Shown here: positions 6,798 to 15,375 of the stretch, piece by piece
Layout: every line of letters starts with the position of its first letter
Numbering within the stretch: the stretch's first letter is position 1
Source: Bacteriovoracaceae bacterium
Lineage (GTDB): Bacteria > Bdellovibrionota > Bacteriovoracia > Bacteriovoracales > Bacteriovoracaceae
Assembly (NCBI GenBank): GCA_041586955.1
Contig: JBFGZE010000071.1
Location: 1-18,123, forward strand
Direction of reading: 5' to 3'
Length of the DNA: 18,123 nucleotides
Program-made: the position numbers and the translations under genes
The notes under the pieces: model-generated
Database searches by the model: none
Told to the model about the DNA's origin: nothing
The model's input: only the letters and a program-made list of their open reading frames with translations

Positions 6798-8228
6798 TTA
6801 ATTGATTTTAAAATTGCGCCAATGATGCCCGTATTGCAAATAGCAGGATTTGGGAAAAGGCCCCTTGGCGAAAAAATAATCGTCATTTTCAAAAAGTAAT
6901 TCTTGAACAAAGGGGCGGCATTGGTCGATGATTTTAAGGCTTTGTTCCACTGTGAGTGGGTAAATATTGCTATTGCGGGTTTTTCCAAAGATTAAATAAT
7001 CAAAATGTTCCTGGATTTTACTATAATCACCATATTGATAATAATAGGCTCCAGGTTTCATTAGGGTGGTAATAAGGCCAGGTGTCCCCATAATATGAGG
7101 GTAGGAATTATTATCACTTTCCTGAATAATTAATTTCTGGAGATCTTTTAAGTTATCTCTATTTTTTTCTTTCTGATCCCAAGAGGCAATATGATTTTTA
7201 ATGGCCTTAAGGGGCTTGGTGAAACGGCCCATTCCCGCTAGCAGAATAAGGACAAGGGTCATGTATTTGGCCTTTAGAGGCATTTCCTTAATATAACGGT
7301 CTTTTAAAATGACAAAGTAAATGAGAATAGGGGCACCAATAAAGACGCCGTAATGATAATAGGATTTACCGGCCAAGATATGAATGCCGAGCAGCGGCAA
7401 GTAAATACTAAGAATATGGCAAAGCTCAGACACTTTTTTATCGCGTAAAAGACCTTTGGTGCAATAGAACAAAAGAAAGACTGAGGGGTAGCAAATCTTG
7501 AGAAAGTCTTTCACATTAAAATGTTGATAGGCGGTAAAAATATCTGGGAAATGGCTATAGGATGGCCCAAAGAAATAAGAGCGGTATTTAAAATTAAATA
7601 AAAGAAAGGCGAGGTGAATAATCATTAGGACCCCTCCCCATTTGCGCTCTTTTTGAAAAATAAAATAGGACAGGCCTAAAAAGAAACCACAAAAAGGAAA
7701 GATCTCCTTAAAGGTATTAAGAATAATAGTACTGATAAGAATATGCTTAATATCGTTTTTGCGAATGGCCCATAAAACATAAAGCATTGGCACTAAGGAC
7801 CAAGTCGAAGGATGAATTTGGTAGCCAATGGCAGAAACAATCCCTCGGTTAAAAGTCACTAATAAAAGTAAAAGAGAAAAATCAATAAGAGAGAGGTTCT
7901 TTATCTGGCCAAAAATAAGCGCTAGGAAAAATAAATAGAAGAGGACTTCAATACTAAGAGACCAGGCATAGGAATAATCAAAAAAGGGTGAGAGCAGGGC
8001 AAAAGGGATAATGATCGGGTCTACATGGTCACTGAAAATTTTAACGTCACGAAAGCCAATATAAGGGTTCCAGTTTTTTTTGGTACCAATTTCAATGATA
8101 GCATTATGATAAACGCCAAAATCCATAGTGTATTGTTGTGAATGATGGAGATTGAGGTAAGTATTAATGCTGGGCGCTAGAGATAAAATGACAATAAGTC
8201 CGAAAAGAATGTATTTAATTTTATTCAT
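6798..8228 (-). CDS. DUF2079-like polytopic membrane protein (putative GT-C glycosyltransferase); start probably ATG 8228 (longest ORF 8264)
   Basis: MDFGVYHNAI, FSDHVDPII, QIHP, TFKE and YYHY motifs, with many TM helices and a soluble C-terminal domain. Confidence 0.7.
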   Translation of the reverse strand: MNKIKYILFGLIVILSLAPSINTYLNLHHSQQYTMDFGVYHNAIIEIGTKKNWNPYIGFRDVKIFSDHVDPIIIPFALLSPFFDYSYAWSLSIEVLFYLFFLALIFGQIKNLSLIDFSLLLLLVTFNRGIVSAIGYQIHPSTWSLVPMLYVLWAIRKNDIKHILISTIILNTFKEIFPFCGFFLGLSYFIFQKERKWGGVLMIIHLAFLLFNFKYRSYFFGPSYSHFPDIFTAYQHFNVKDFLKICYPSVFLLFYCTKGLLRDKKVSELCHILSIYLPLLGIHILAGKSYYHYGVFIGAPILIYFVILKDRYIKEMPLKAKYMTLVLILLAGMGRFTKPLKAIKNHIASWDQKEKNRDNLKDLQKLIIQESDNNSYPHIMGTPGLITTLMKPGAYYYQYGDYSKIQEHFDYLIFGKTRNSNIYPLTVEQSLKIIDQCRPFVQELLFENDDYFFAKGPFPKSCYLQYGHHWRNFKIN

Positions 8229-8305
8229 AGCTGACAAAAAGTTTTCAAATTGAAAGGTTATCATTATATTTAATGAATATTTATACTAATTATCAAGAGA
8301 ATATT
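8229..8305. promoter_or_regulatory. Short AT-rich divergent promoter region
   Basis: TATAAT on the minus strand (8263-8268) and TATACT on the plus strand (8282-8287) lie between divergent starts 8228 and 8306. No convincing -35 boxes. Confidence 0.35.
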
Positions 8306-9073
8306 ATGGCCGATTTTGATTACAATACGATTCCCCTGGGTTACTACGACGATATTTTGGAAAATGGCCCTGCTATTAGACGATTTTGGCATTGGCTGAA
8401 ATTTAATCGCGTATTAGCGGCACTACCTAAAGGTGAAAATCAATCAATCATGGATGTCGGTTGCTTTGCTGGTTCTTTTTTAAAGCAAGTACCCGAAGGC
8501 CAATTTTCGCGCCAATTAGGGATTGATATTCTAGAAAAACAAATTGCATACGCTAACGAGCACCATGGTACGCAGGCCCGGAGCTTTAAGTATATTACCG
8601 ATCTTCAGGCCTTAACCAAAAAACCTGTTACGGATGAAAAGTTCGATGTTATTACGGTTATTGAAGTGATCGAACATTTACACTTTGCTGAGATCCGTGA
8701 TTTGATGGAAATTTGCCGTCAAAACCTTAAGCCTGGTGGGGAGCTTATTTTAACGACTCCCAATTACACCAGTATTTGGCCAGCTCTTGAGTTTTATCTC
8801 AATCATTTTGCTGATATCACGTATGAAGAGCAGCACATTACGAAGTTTAATTTCTTCAACTTTCACCGCAAATTACAAGCGATCTACCCACCACTTAAAA
8901 ATGATTTTATGCTGCAGTATAAGACCACTACTCATTTTATCACACCATTTTTAGCGCCTCTAAACTTCAAAAAATCACAGGATCTATCAAAAGCGATTAC
9001 GCCTAAGCAATGGCCATTTCCTTTAGGCCCATTGATTTTGGCCAAGTATCGTTATCATCCAAAAGAAGATTAA
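8306..9073 (+). CDS. Class I SAM-dependent methyltransferase (UbiG/Methyltransf_23-like); start probably ATG 8306 (longest ORF 8273)
   Basis: IMDVGCFAG motif I, LGIDI, FDVITVIEVIEHL and LKPGGELILTTPN motifs. Confidence 0.88.
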   Translation: MADFDYNTIPLGYYDDILENGPAIRRFWHWLKFNRVLAALPKGENQSIMDVGCFAGSFLKQVPEGQFSRQLGIDILEKQIAYANEHHGTQARSFKYITDLQALTKKPVTDEKFDVITVIEVIEHLHFAEIRDLMEICRQNLKPGGELILTTPNYTSIWPALEFYLNHFADITYEEQHITKFNFFNFHRKLQAIYPPLKNDFMLQYKTTTHFITPFLAPLNFKKSQDLSKAITPKQWPFPLGPLILAKYRYHPKED

Positions 9074-10464
9074 GGGCCAATTAGAAAAACGCGCCCTTTT
9101 TCCTTGAGAAGGAGGCGCATGGACTGGAGGGTCTCTGTTTTTTGATAATAATCCTCATTCGCTATAATGAGAATTTTACCGTCGACCATTTCGATTTCAT
9201 TTTTCTGCTCGACTTCTAGATTCAAACGAAATTGCATATAGCTGACCAGGCTCCAATAGGGATAGGCACTCGCGAGATTGATAACTTTCTTTACAGGCAG
9301 CTTTTCTCTTTCAATTATTTCTGACACTAAATTCAAAGACGGGTCTCGTCGTACTTTGCTACCGATGGGGAAAATAATAAAGGCCAAGGCCAAGGCCAGA
9401 GCAAAAACTTGGAGCTTCAAAAGGATCTTAGGGGCCCAAACTGCGGATTGCCGGAGGCAGGTCATCGCTGCGGTAAGGGCAAAAAAGGGCATGAGGGGAA
9501 TGAGATAATTGGAGTATTTAAACTTCATTAAAGATAATGGAATCAGCATACCCAGGAAACATAAGAGGGAAAAGCGGAAAAAGGAATTGGATCTCAATTC
9601 TTTTTGGCCGATACCAAAAATAATAAGGAGAGTCCAAACAGGGTTCGCTTTGAAAAGGTCCATGAGATATTGAAAATAATTAACGGCCTGCTGAGTATCG
9701 CGACCAGTTATAATTGTGCGGAAAACTTGAGCTTCCATATAATTGGTAAAAATGATGAAATCACCTTTGAGAAAGAGTGCCAAAGGCCAAAGTGCAAAGA
9801 GTGATAATCCCAAAATGAGGCCTAGCCAAGGCCTAGGAGTGAGGAGCACTTTAACATTTTTGGTTAACAAAAGGTGGAGGGCCATTAAAAATGGCAATAT
9901 GAGAGCAAAAGGCCCTTTAATGAGAAGGCCAAGTCCAAAGAGTAGGCCAATGAGAAGGAACGGTTTTTTCTCGCAGAATTTATTTTGATAATGGCGGAAA
10001 TAAATCAAAAGTCCCCACATTAAACAAAGGGTCAAAGGAATATCTAAATTGGGAAAACGCACCTTTTTAAAGAAAAATGGGATAAGTAATAAAAAAAGAG
10101 ACGCTATGAAAGCAAATTGACGGTGAACGATGGCGGCAATAGAGCGATAGAAGACCGTCAAGATTCCTATACCCCAAAGTCCAGCGAAAAGTCGCGCCTG
10201 TAAAAAGTCACTCCCAAAAATTTTAAAAAATAAACCCTCTAAAATGAAGAGAAAGGGGGGGTGTTGATCAAAACGGGGATATTGTAATTGAGAGAGGTGC
10301 GGGATGAGCCAATGGCCTTTTTCCGCTGCATTTTTACCAAAGCTCGAGTAAAGAAGGCCATCGTGAAAAAATCCTGGGACCCAGGCATTTTGGAGAAAGA
10401 TAATAAATCCGAGAAAGAGAATCACGTAAAAAGAAAGGTCTCTTTTATCGTTATTAACCATCAT
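9070..10464 (-). CDS. ArnT/PMT_2-family GT-C membrane glycosyltransferase
   Basis: FHDGLLY, HWLIP, FDQHPP, ARL, NLDIPL, LLIKGP and KYSNYLIPLMP motifs across multiple TM helices. Its start overlaps the upstream stop (TAATG). Confidence 0.85.
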   Translation of the reverse strand: MMVNNDKRDLSFYVILFLGFIIFLQNAWVPGFFHDGLLYSSFGKNAAEKGHWLIPHLSQLQYPRFDQHPPFLFILEGLFFKIFGSDFLQARLFAGLWGIGILTVFYRSIAAIVHRQFAFIASLFLLLIPFFFKKVRFPNLDIPLTLCLMWGLLIYFRHYQNKFCEKKPFLLIGLLFGLGLLIKGPFALILPFLMALHLLLTKNVKVLLTPRPWLGLILGLSLFALWPLALFLKGDFIIFTNYMEAQVFRTIITGRDTQQAVNYFQYLMDLFKANPVWTLLIIFGIGQKELRSNSFFRFSLLCFLGMLIPLSLMKFKYSNYLIPLMPFFALTAAMTCLRQSAVWAPKILLKLQVFALALALAFIIFPIGSKVRRDPSLNLVSEIIEREKLPVKKVINLASAYPYWSLVSYMQFRLNLEVEQKNEIEMVDGKILIIANEDYYQKTETLQSMRLLLKEKGRVFLIGP

Positions 10465-12074
10465 TAATCGATATCCTTATCTTTAAATTGATCGGCAATC
10501 AGTTTATTGGCAAATAAAGTGAAATGACCACGTTTGATTTCCTCATAACGAGAGGAGCCTCGCAATTGAATGATGATATCTTGCAATTGTCCGGCGGTAT
10601 AAGGGTAATGATTTATTGTGGGATTGATGATGATAAGGTCTTGCTCTTTTTGATAACAAAACTTCAATGTCTCAAGAGGATTATCATACCCGAGGTGGGG
10701 GTAGATTGAACCTTGTGCACATAGCCTCATTTGCGGCATGATCTGTGTTTTAATCTGATTGATTTGATGCCAATTATCCGTAATGGGATAATAGCGAAGA
10801 AATCCACTCCCCACTAAAGCGCCATAAAGAGTGAAGAAAATGAGGAGCGCTAATTGATGAGTTTTGGTGACAAAGATTTCGTTGACCAAGAAACGCTCAC
10901 CTTGGAGGAATTTAATAAGGCCGTAGAAAATGAAGGGGACATAGGGAGCACTATAGTAAAGCATTAATGTATGCATTAATGGCGCTCCCGCCGTTGAATG
11001 GATCAAGACAAAGGGTGCAATGCCAATGAGAAAAAAGGGCACCAAAATTTGCATGAAAAGAGAGGGGATGAGGAATTTAAGCCAACTGCCAGTGAGGATA
11101 TCCTTTGCCACCAAATGTGGGTTTTTGAGCATCCCCAGAAGGTTTTCCCCCATGGAGCTTCCATATTTAAGAGCGGTGGAGGCAATAATATAATCAGAGC
11201 TACCACGGTAATGAGGGATGACCCATTTTAAGCTGATAATTGTAATAATCGCAGAGATAATTGTCGTGAAAACTGTATGACGGCGATTTTCTTTCTGACA
11301 TAGAAAGTAAGCGGCACTCATGCCAATAAGGTAAAAGCCCGCGTCTTCTTTGACAGCAAGGGTGAGGAAAACCATTAAATAATATGAGCGCCATTTGCTC
11401 TGTTCAAAGAAGTAAAAAAGCCATAAAAAGAAGGGAACAAAGAAAACCTCCATATGGAAGCTATATTTCAGAATATGGGACGTCGCAAAGAAATTAAAAA
11501 AGGCAAAACAAATAATAACTTGAAAAATAGGCGTTAAATTGGCCTTGGTCATTAATTTTTTAAGAGGAATGATCGTGGACCAAAGCGTGACTCCATGGAG
11601 GAGCACTAAGAACCATGGCGAATTGAATAGTCGATGAAAGGGTGCCAAGAGATAAAAAATATAGGTGGAATGCACCCCAAAGTGATTACAATTACAGGCC
11701 GAAGAAAACCAATCTTTACCGCGCATGAAATTGGCAATCATCATATCAAAATAAGAGAAGTCAACATCAACGACCTTATAGGTCATGAAATTAAGGGCCG
11801 TGACTTTCAGAAAAACAAAAAGAAAAAAGGTACTAATGATAATGATCAACTGGTCAGCTCTCTTTGAAGAGAGTGCCAATTCTGGATCTTGAAATACCTT
11901 TTTAATTTGATTACGGGTTTGCTGGTGGCAGGTACTAAGAATGGCCAGGCCCGCCAAGATGAGAAAATAGACGTGACGAATGGGCCAAAGAAATTTGGGC
12001 ATAAAGGGGGCACCGCCAAAAAGAAAGTGCACCGCTAAGAGAATTCCGGCAAAGAGGCCATAACGTTTTAACAT
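10464..12074 (-). CDS. DUF2079-like polytopic membrane protein (putative GT-C glycosyltransferase)
   Basis: VDFSYFDMMIAN, HFGVHSTYI, FHMEVF, VKEDAG, YYSAP and CAQGSIYPHL motifs, with many TM helices. Confidence 0.78.
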   Translation of the reverse strand: MLKRYGLFAGILLAVHFLFGGAPFMPKFLWPIRHVYFLILAGLAILSTCHQQTRNQIKKVFQDPELALSSKRADQLIIIISTFFLFVFLKVTALNFMTYKVVDVDFSYFDMMIANFMRGKDWFSSACNCNHFGVHSTYIFYLLAPFHRLFNSPWFLVLLHGVTLWSTIIPLKKLMTKANLTPIFQVIICFAFFNFFATSHILKYSFHMEVFFVPFFLWLFYFFEQSKWRSYYLMVFLTLAVKEDAGFYLIGMSAAYFLCQKENRRHTVFTTIISAIITIISLKWVIPHYRGSSDYIIASTALKYGSSMGENLLGMLKNPHLVAKDILTGSWLKFLIPSLFMQILVPFFLIGIAPFVLIHSTAGAPLMHTLMLYYSAPYVPFIFYGLIKFLQGERFLVNEIFVTKTHQLALLIFFTLYGALVGSGFLRYYPITDNWHQINQIKTQIMPQMRLCAQGSIYPHLGYDNPLETLKFCYQKEQDLIIINPTINHYPYTAGQLQDIIIQLRGSSRYEEIKRGHFTLFANKLIADQFKDKDID

Positions 12075-12177
12075 GATCTATTTATCGCATATTTGCCATA
12101 GCTTTGTCTTTTATTTTGCGTAGTGTTGCGATAATAAAACTAAAAATTTAAAGTGAAGTTTGATAAATTAGGCGCAT

Positions 12178-13575
12178 ATGATCAATTGCAAAAAAATAAC
12201 AGAAAAGCAGCTATGGGGCGCCATAATCATCTTCCACTTATTAGCAGTGGTTTTTGGCCTAGGGTTTCTTCATTTCGATGAACATTTTCAAATTATTGAG
12301 TTCCTCAATTATAAATTGGGAGGCATTGAGGCGCATTTCTTACCTTGGGAGTTTCAAGAGAGAATTCGTCCATGGTTCCAGCCTTTCATTCTTTATTGTT
12401 TTGCCTTACCTCTCAAATCGATCGGAATATCGTCTCCATTTGTCCTCTCAGGGATTTTCCGTCTGATTTCTAGTGCGCTAGGGATTGCCTCGATTTATTA
12501 TTTTTGGCGCCAATTTAAAGATGAATTAACCGAGAATCGCCTATCTCTTCTTTTTTGGCTTGGACTTTTATGGTTTATTCCCTATCTCCATGCCAGACCT
12601 AGTAGTGAGTCTTGGTCTGCTAGCTTTTTTCTTTTAGGTCTTAGCTGTTTTATGGGAAAAAGGTCTAATTGGGGTGGTGTTTTTTTTGCTTTTAGTTTTC
12701 TTTGTCGCTACCAAATGGGTTTTATGATTGCCCCGGTTTATTTTTGGGCAGTCTTCAGGCGATGGCCTTGGCGAGCTGTCATAATGAGTTTTATCGTCTT
12801 ATGGTCAATGATCGCCCTAGGTAGCTTATGCGATTATTGGGGTTATGGTGAATGGAGCTTAGCACCTTGGAATTATTTAAAAGTCAATCTCATTGAGAAT
12901 AAGGCCGCTCATTTCGGTGTCGACCCCTTCTATTATTATATCACTAGAGGATTCAGTCGCGGTTACCCGCCAATTAGCCTTTTGATTATTGTCTCCAGTG
13001 TTTATTTTTGGTGGAAAAACCCCAAGCATATTTTGACCTGGGTAGGCCTGCCTTTCCTTGTGGTTCACTCTCTTATCGGCCATAAAGAATTACGGTTCAT
13101 TTTACCTTTTCTGGTTTTGACTCCTTATTTTATTGTTTACGCTTTTTCCCATTGCTCACTTTTGAAGGCGAATTGGATTCGCCGTCTTTGTTTTGGGGTC
13201 AATATCATTCTCTTAATTGTCGCTTCTCTTAAAATGGCAAACCCGGCAGTTGGCCTATATCGCTTCTTAGCGGGAACTTCAATAGAGACTCTCTATGTGG
13301 GGGGAGAAGACCCTTATAAGATGGTTGGTTTGCCTTTGCGTTTTTACCAGAAGCGAGCGCCAAAGATTGTTGAGCATCAAAAATTAACAGAAATCCCTTT
13401 TGATCAAGGGAAGTATATAATGACTCGTCATGGCCCTGATCTTTTTCCTTTTCTTGAAAATCCATCTTGTCAGCTTCTTTATCTGACTTACCCTCGTTTT
13501 CTTTTAAATTTTAATATTGGTAATTGGATTGCGCGCTCCCGCGTCTGGGGTGTCTTTTATTGCCAACACAAATAG
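12178..13575 (+). CDS. GT22-type (PIG-B/Alg9-like) GT-C mannosyltransferase-like protein
   Basis: HFDEHFQIIE, LPWEFQERIR, RPSSES, DYWGYG..PWNYLKVNL..HFGVDPFYYY and HSLIGHKELRFILP motifs are typical of PIG-B/Alg9-family enzymes. Confidence 0.85.
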   Translation: MINCKKITEKQLWGAIIIFHLLAVVFGLGFLHFDEHFQIIEFLNYKLGGIEAHFLPWEFQERIRPWFQPFILYCFALPLKSIGISSPFVLSGIFRLISSALGIASIYYFWRQFKDELTENRLSLLFWLGLLWFIPYLHARPSSESWSASFFLLGLSCFMGKRSNWGGVFFAFSFLCRYQMGFMIAPVYFWAVFRRWPWRAVIMSFIVLWSMIALGSLCDYWGYGEWSLAPWNYLKVNLIENKAAHFGVDPFYYYITRGFSRGYPPISLLIIVSSVYFWWKNPKHILTWVGLPFLVVHSLIGHKELRFILPFLVLTPYFIVYAFSHCSLLKANWIRRLCFGVNIILLIVASLKMANPAVGLYRFLAGTSIETLYVGGEDPYKMVGLPLRFYQKRAPKIVEHQKLTEIPFDQGKYIMTRHGPDLFPFLENPSCQLLYLTYPRFLLNFNIGNWIARSRVWGVFYCQHK

Positions 13576-13598
13576 AAAGGGCCCAATAGGCCCTTTTT
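13576..13598. terminator. Intrinsic terminator, probably bidirectional, between convergent genes
   Basis: AAAGGGCC-CAATA-GGCCCTTT inverted repeat with a T5 run on the plus strand and a shorter T run on the minus strand. It fills the 24-bp gap. Confidence 0.8.
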
Positions 13599-13599
13599 A

Positions 13600-14250
13600 T
13601 TAATAGCGACGCGGATTTATGGGAGGCTGAGGTGTCATTCGTAAATACGGCGTAATCGTATCAAAACCCAAAGGAAACTGAGTCCTAGCGTCCTCATCAT
13701 TGATACTGGGGACAATGACGCAATCATCACCATCTCGCCAATCCGCAGGTGTCGCCACGTGATGATATTCTGTTAATTGTAAGCTATCGATCACTCGAAG
13801 AATCTCGCCAAAGTTGCGGCCAGTGGAAGCCGGATAGGTAAGAGTGAGTCTCACTTTTTTATCAGGTCCAATCACAAAAACATTGCGAACAGTGAGAGTA
13901 TCATCGACATTGGGGTGAATCATGCCGTAGAGCTGAGCGATGCGATGATCCGGGTCGGCAATAATGGGAAAATTAACTTTGGTGTGTTGAGTGGCATTGA
14001 TATCTTCAATCCAGCGTAGGTGATCCTCAAGACTATCGACAGAAAGGGAAATAACCTTGCAATCCCTTTGGTCAAATTCATATTTAAGTTTGGCAACAGC
14101 GCCTAATTCAGTGGTGCATACTGGAGTAAAGTCTTTGGGATGGGAAAAAAGAACACACCAATGGTCACCAATCCATTTATGGAATTGGATTACGCCTTTG
14201 GTGGTTTCGGCCCGAAAGTCGGGAGCGACATCGCCTAATTGTACTCTCAT
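13600..14250 (-). CDS. 1-Cys peroxiredoxin (Prx6 subfamily)
   Basis: FSHPKDFTPVCTTE active site, TVRNVF, YPASTGRNF and ATPADW motifs. SD AAGGAGG upstream. Confidence 0.95.
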   Translation of the reverse strand: MRVQLGDVAPDFRAETTKGVIQFHKWIGDHWCVLFSHPKDFTPVCTTELGAVAKLKYEFDQRDCKVISLSVDSLEDHLRWIEDINATQHTKVNFPIIADPDHRIAQLYGMIHPNVDDTLTVRNVFVIGPDKKVRLTLTYPASTGRNFGEILRVIDSLQLTEYHHVATPADWRDGDDCVIVPSINDEDARTQFPLGFDTITPYLRMTPQPPINPRRY

Positions 14251-14320
14251 CGAATCCTCCTTAATGAAAAATGTTTAGACACAATAGAGAGTATTGCTGG
14301 AGAAAACTAGCTGCAAAGCA

Positions 14321-15337
14321 TTAGTCGCTGATCAATTCTTGAAGTTTACCGAACACGCTTTCCGCCGTGAAGTTTTTAAGGCATTCCATCTCCGGACAAG
14401 TGTGGAGGCCACAATAATGAGCATCCTTTGTTCGGCATAAAAGTGGCTCCAGGAAAAAATAAGGATGCATAATAGGGTTATAGGGGTGCCATTCTGTTGG
14501 TGGTTCTGGCCCAAAAAGAGTAACGGTGGGAATATTAAGAGCGGCGCAAATATGTTTGATACCAGTGTCATTGCCAACATAGAGCTTTGAGCCTTGAAGC
14601 TTAAGAGGGAGCTCGTTTAGGGGGGCCTCTACGAATTGGCAAATATTGGGAAAATTCAACTCATTTATTTTGGCCTTTATCTCCTGATCACCAGATGATG
14701 AAGAGAGGGGAATGAGAATTCTCATCTCCGTATCCCATTGTGCAATTAATTGGGCGAGCGCCTTAAAGTTTTTTAAATCCCATTTCTTTGTCTCTCGCGT
14801 GGCGACGACACCAAAAATAATATTATTATGGGAAATGCTATTTTTCCCTGTCATATGAGGTGGAAATTTCAAATAATGAGGAATCGGATGGCCCAGGGGT
14901 TTTCCTAGATAGGACCAGATACCATCAAGATCGCGTTGAATATTGGATTTGATTTCCCCTTGGTCGTGAACCAACCCATTTTTATGATGGTGGTTATGAG
15001 CGGTATAGGGAATACCCGTTAAAAGGGAGTAAAGCCTAAAAAACTTATGGGTGCGGCCACTTTGAAATAATTCGTGAATATGATCAAGGTGATAATTTTT
15101 AAGAGTTTTAAAAAACTGCAACCAATCGCGAATACTATTGAGCTTAAGAGGAATAATGCCATCAGCGGCAGTCTCCACCTTGGAAAACAAAGGGCAGATC
15201 CACTCCGGGACGGCGTAATAAACCTTACAATTGGGGTAAACTTGCTTGAGGTATTGAATGGTTGATAGCCCTATAACCGCATCGCCCATCGCCCTATTTT
15301 TGACAAGCAGAATATTTCCTGAAAAACTCTTATCCAT
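14321..15337 (-). CDS. GT9 glycosyltransferase (ADP-heptose:LPS heptosyltransferase-like)
   Basis: ILLVKNRAMGDAV, TKKW, YVGNDTGIKHICAALNIPTVTLFGP motifs and a Cys-rich C-terminus. Confidence 0.88.
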   Translation of the reverse strand: MDKSFSGNILLVKNRAMGDAVIGLSTIQYLKQVYPNCKVYYAVPEWICPLFSKVETAADGIIPLKLNSIRDWLQFFKTLKNYHLDHIHELFQSGRTHKFFRLYSLLTGIPYTAHNHHHKNGLVHDQGEIKSNIQRDLDGIWSYLGKPLGHPIPHYLKFPPHMTGKNSISHNNIIFGVVATRETKKWDLKNFKALAQLIAQWDTEMRILIPLSSSSGDQEIKAKINELNFPNICQFVEAPLNELPLKLQGSKLYVGNDTGIKHICAALNIPTVTLFGPEPPTEWHPYNPIMHPYFFLEPLLCRTKDAHYCGLHTCPEMECLKNFTAESVFGKLQELISD

Positions 15338-15375
15338 ACATAAACTGTATCGGAATTGCGGGTAATTGTCTCCCT

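Noticed and set aside
8250..8268. Fur-box-like ATAATGATAA on the minus strand
   Set aside because: Only about 13 of 19 positions match in a very AT-rich spacer. It is better explained as a -10 element, and the flanking genes are not iron-related.
9380..9397. AAGGCC x3 tandem repeat
   Set aside because: It simply encodes an Ala-Leu repeat in a TM helix on the minus strand; it is in-frame and too short to imply a repeat element.
10255..10261. G7 run in the ArnT-like gene
   Set aside because: It is explained by the conserved His-Pro-Pro codons on the coding strand and is short for a contingency tract.
14370..14445. Four-Cys cluster at the GT9 C-terminus as a novel metal site
   Set aside because: Cys-rich C-terminal segments are common in WaaF-like GT9 proteins.
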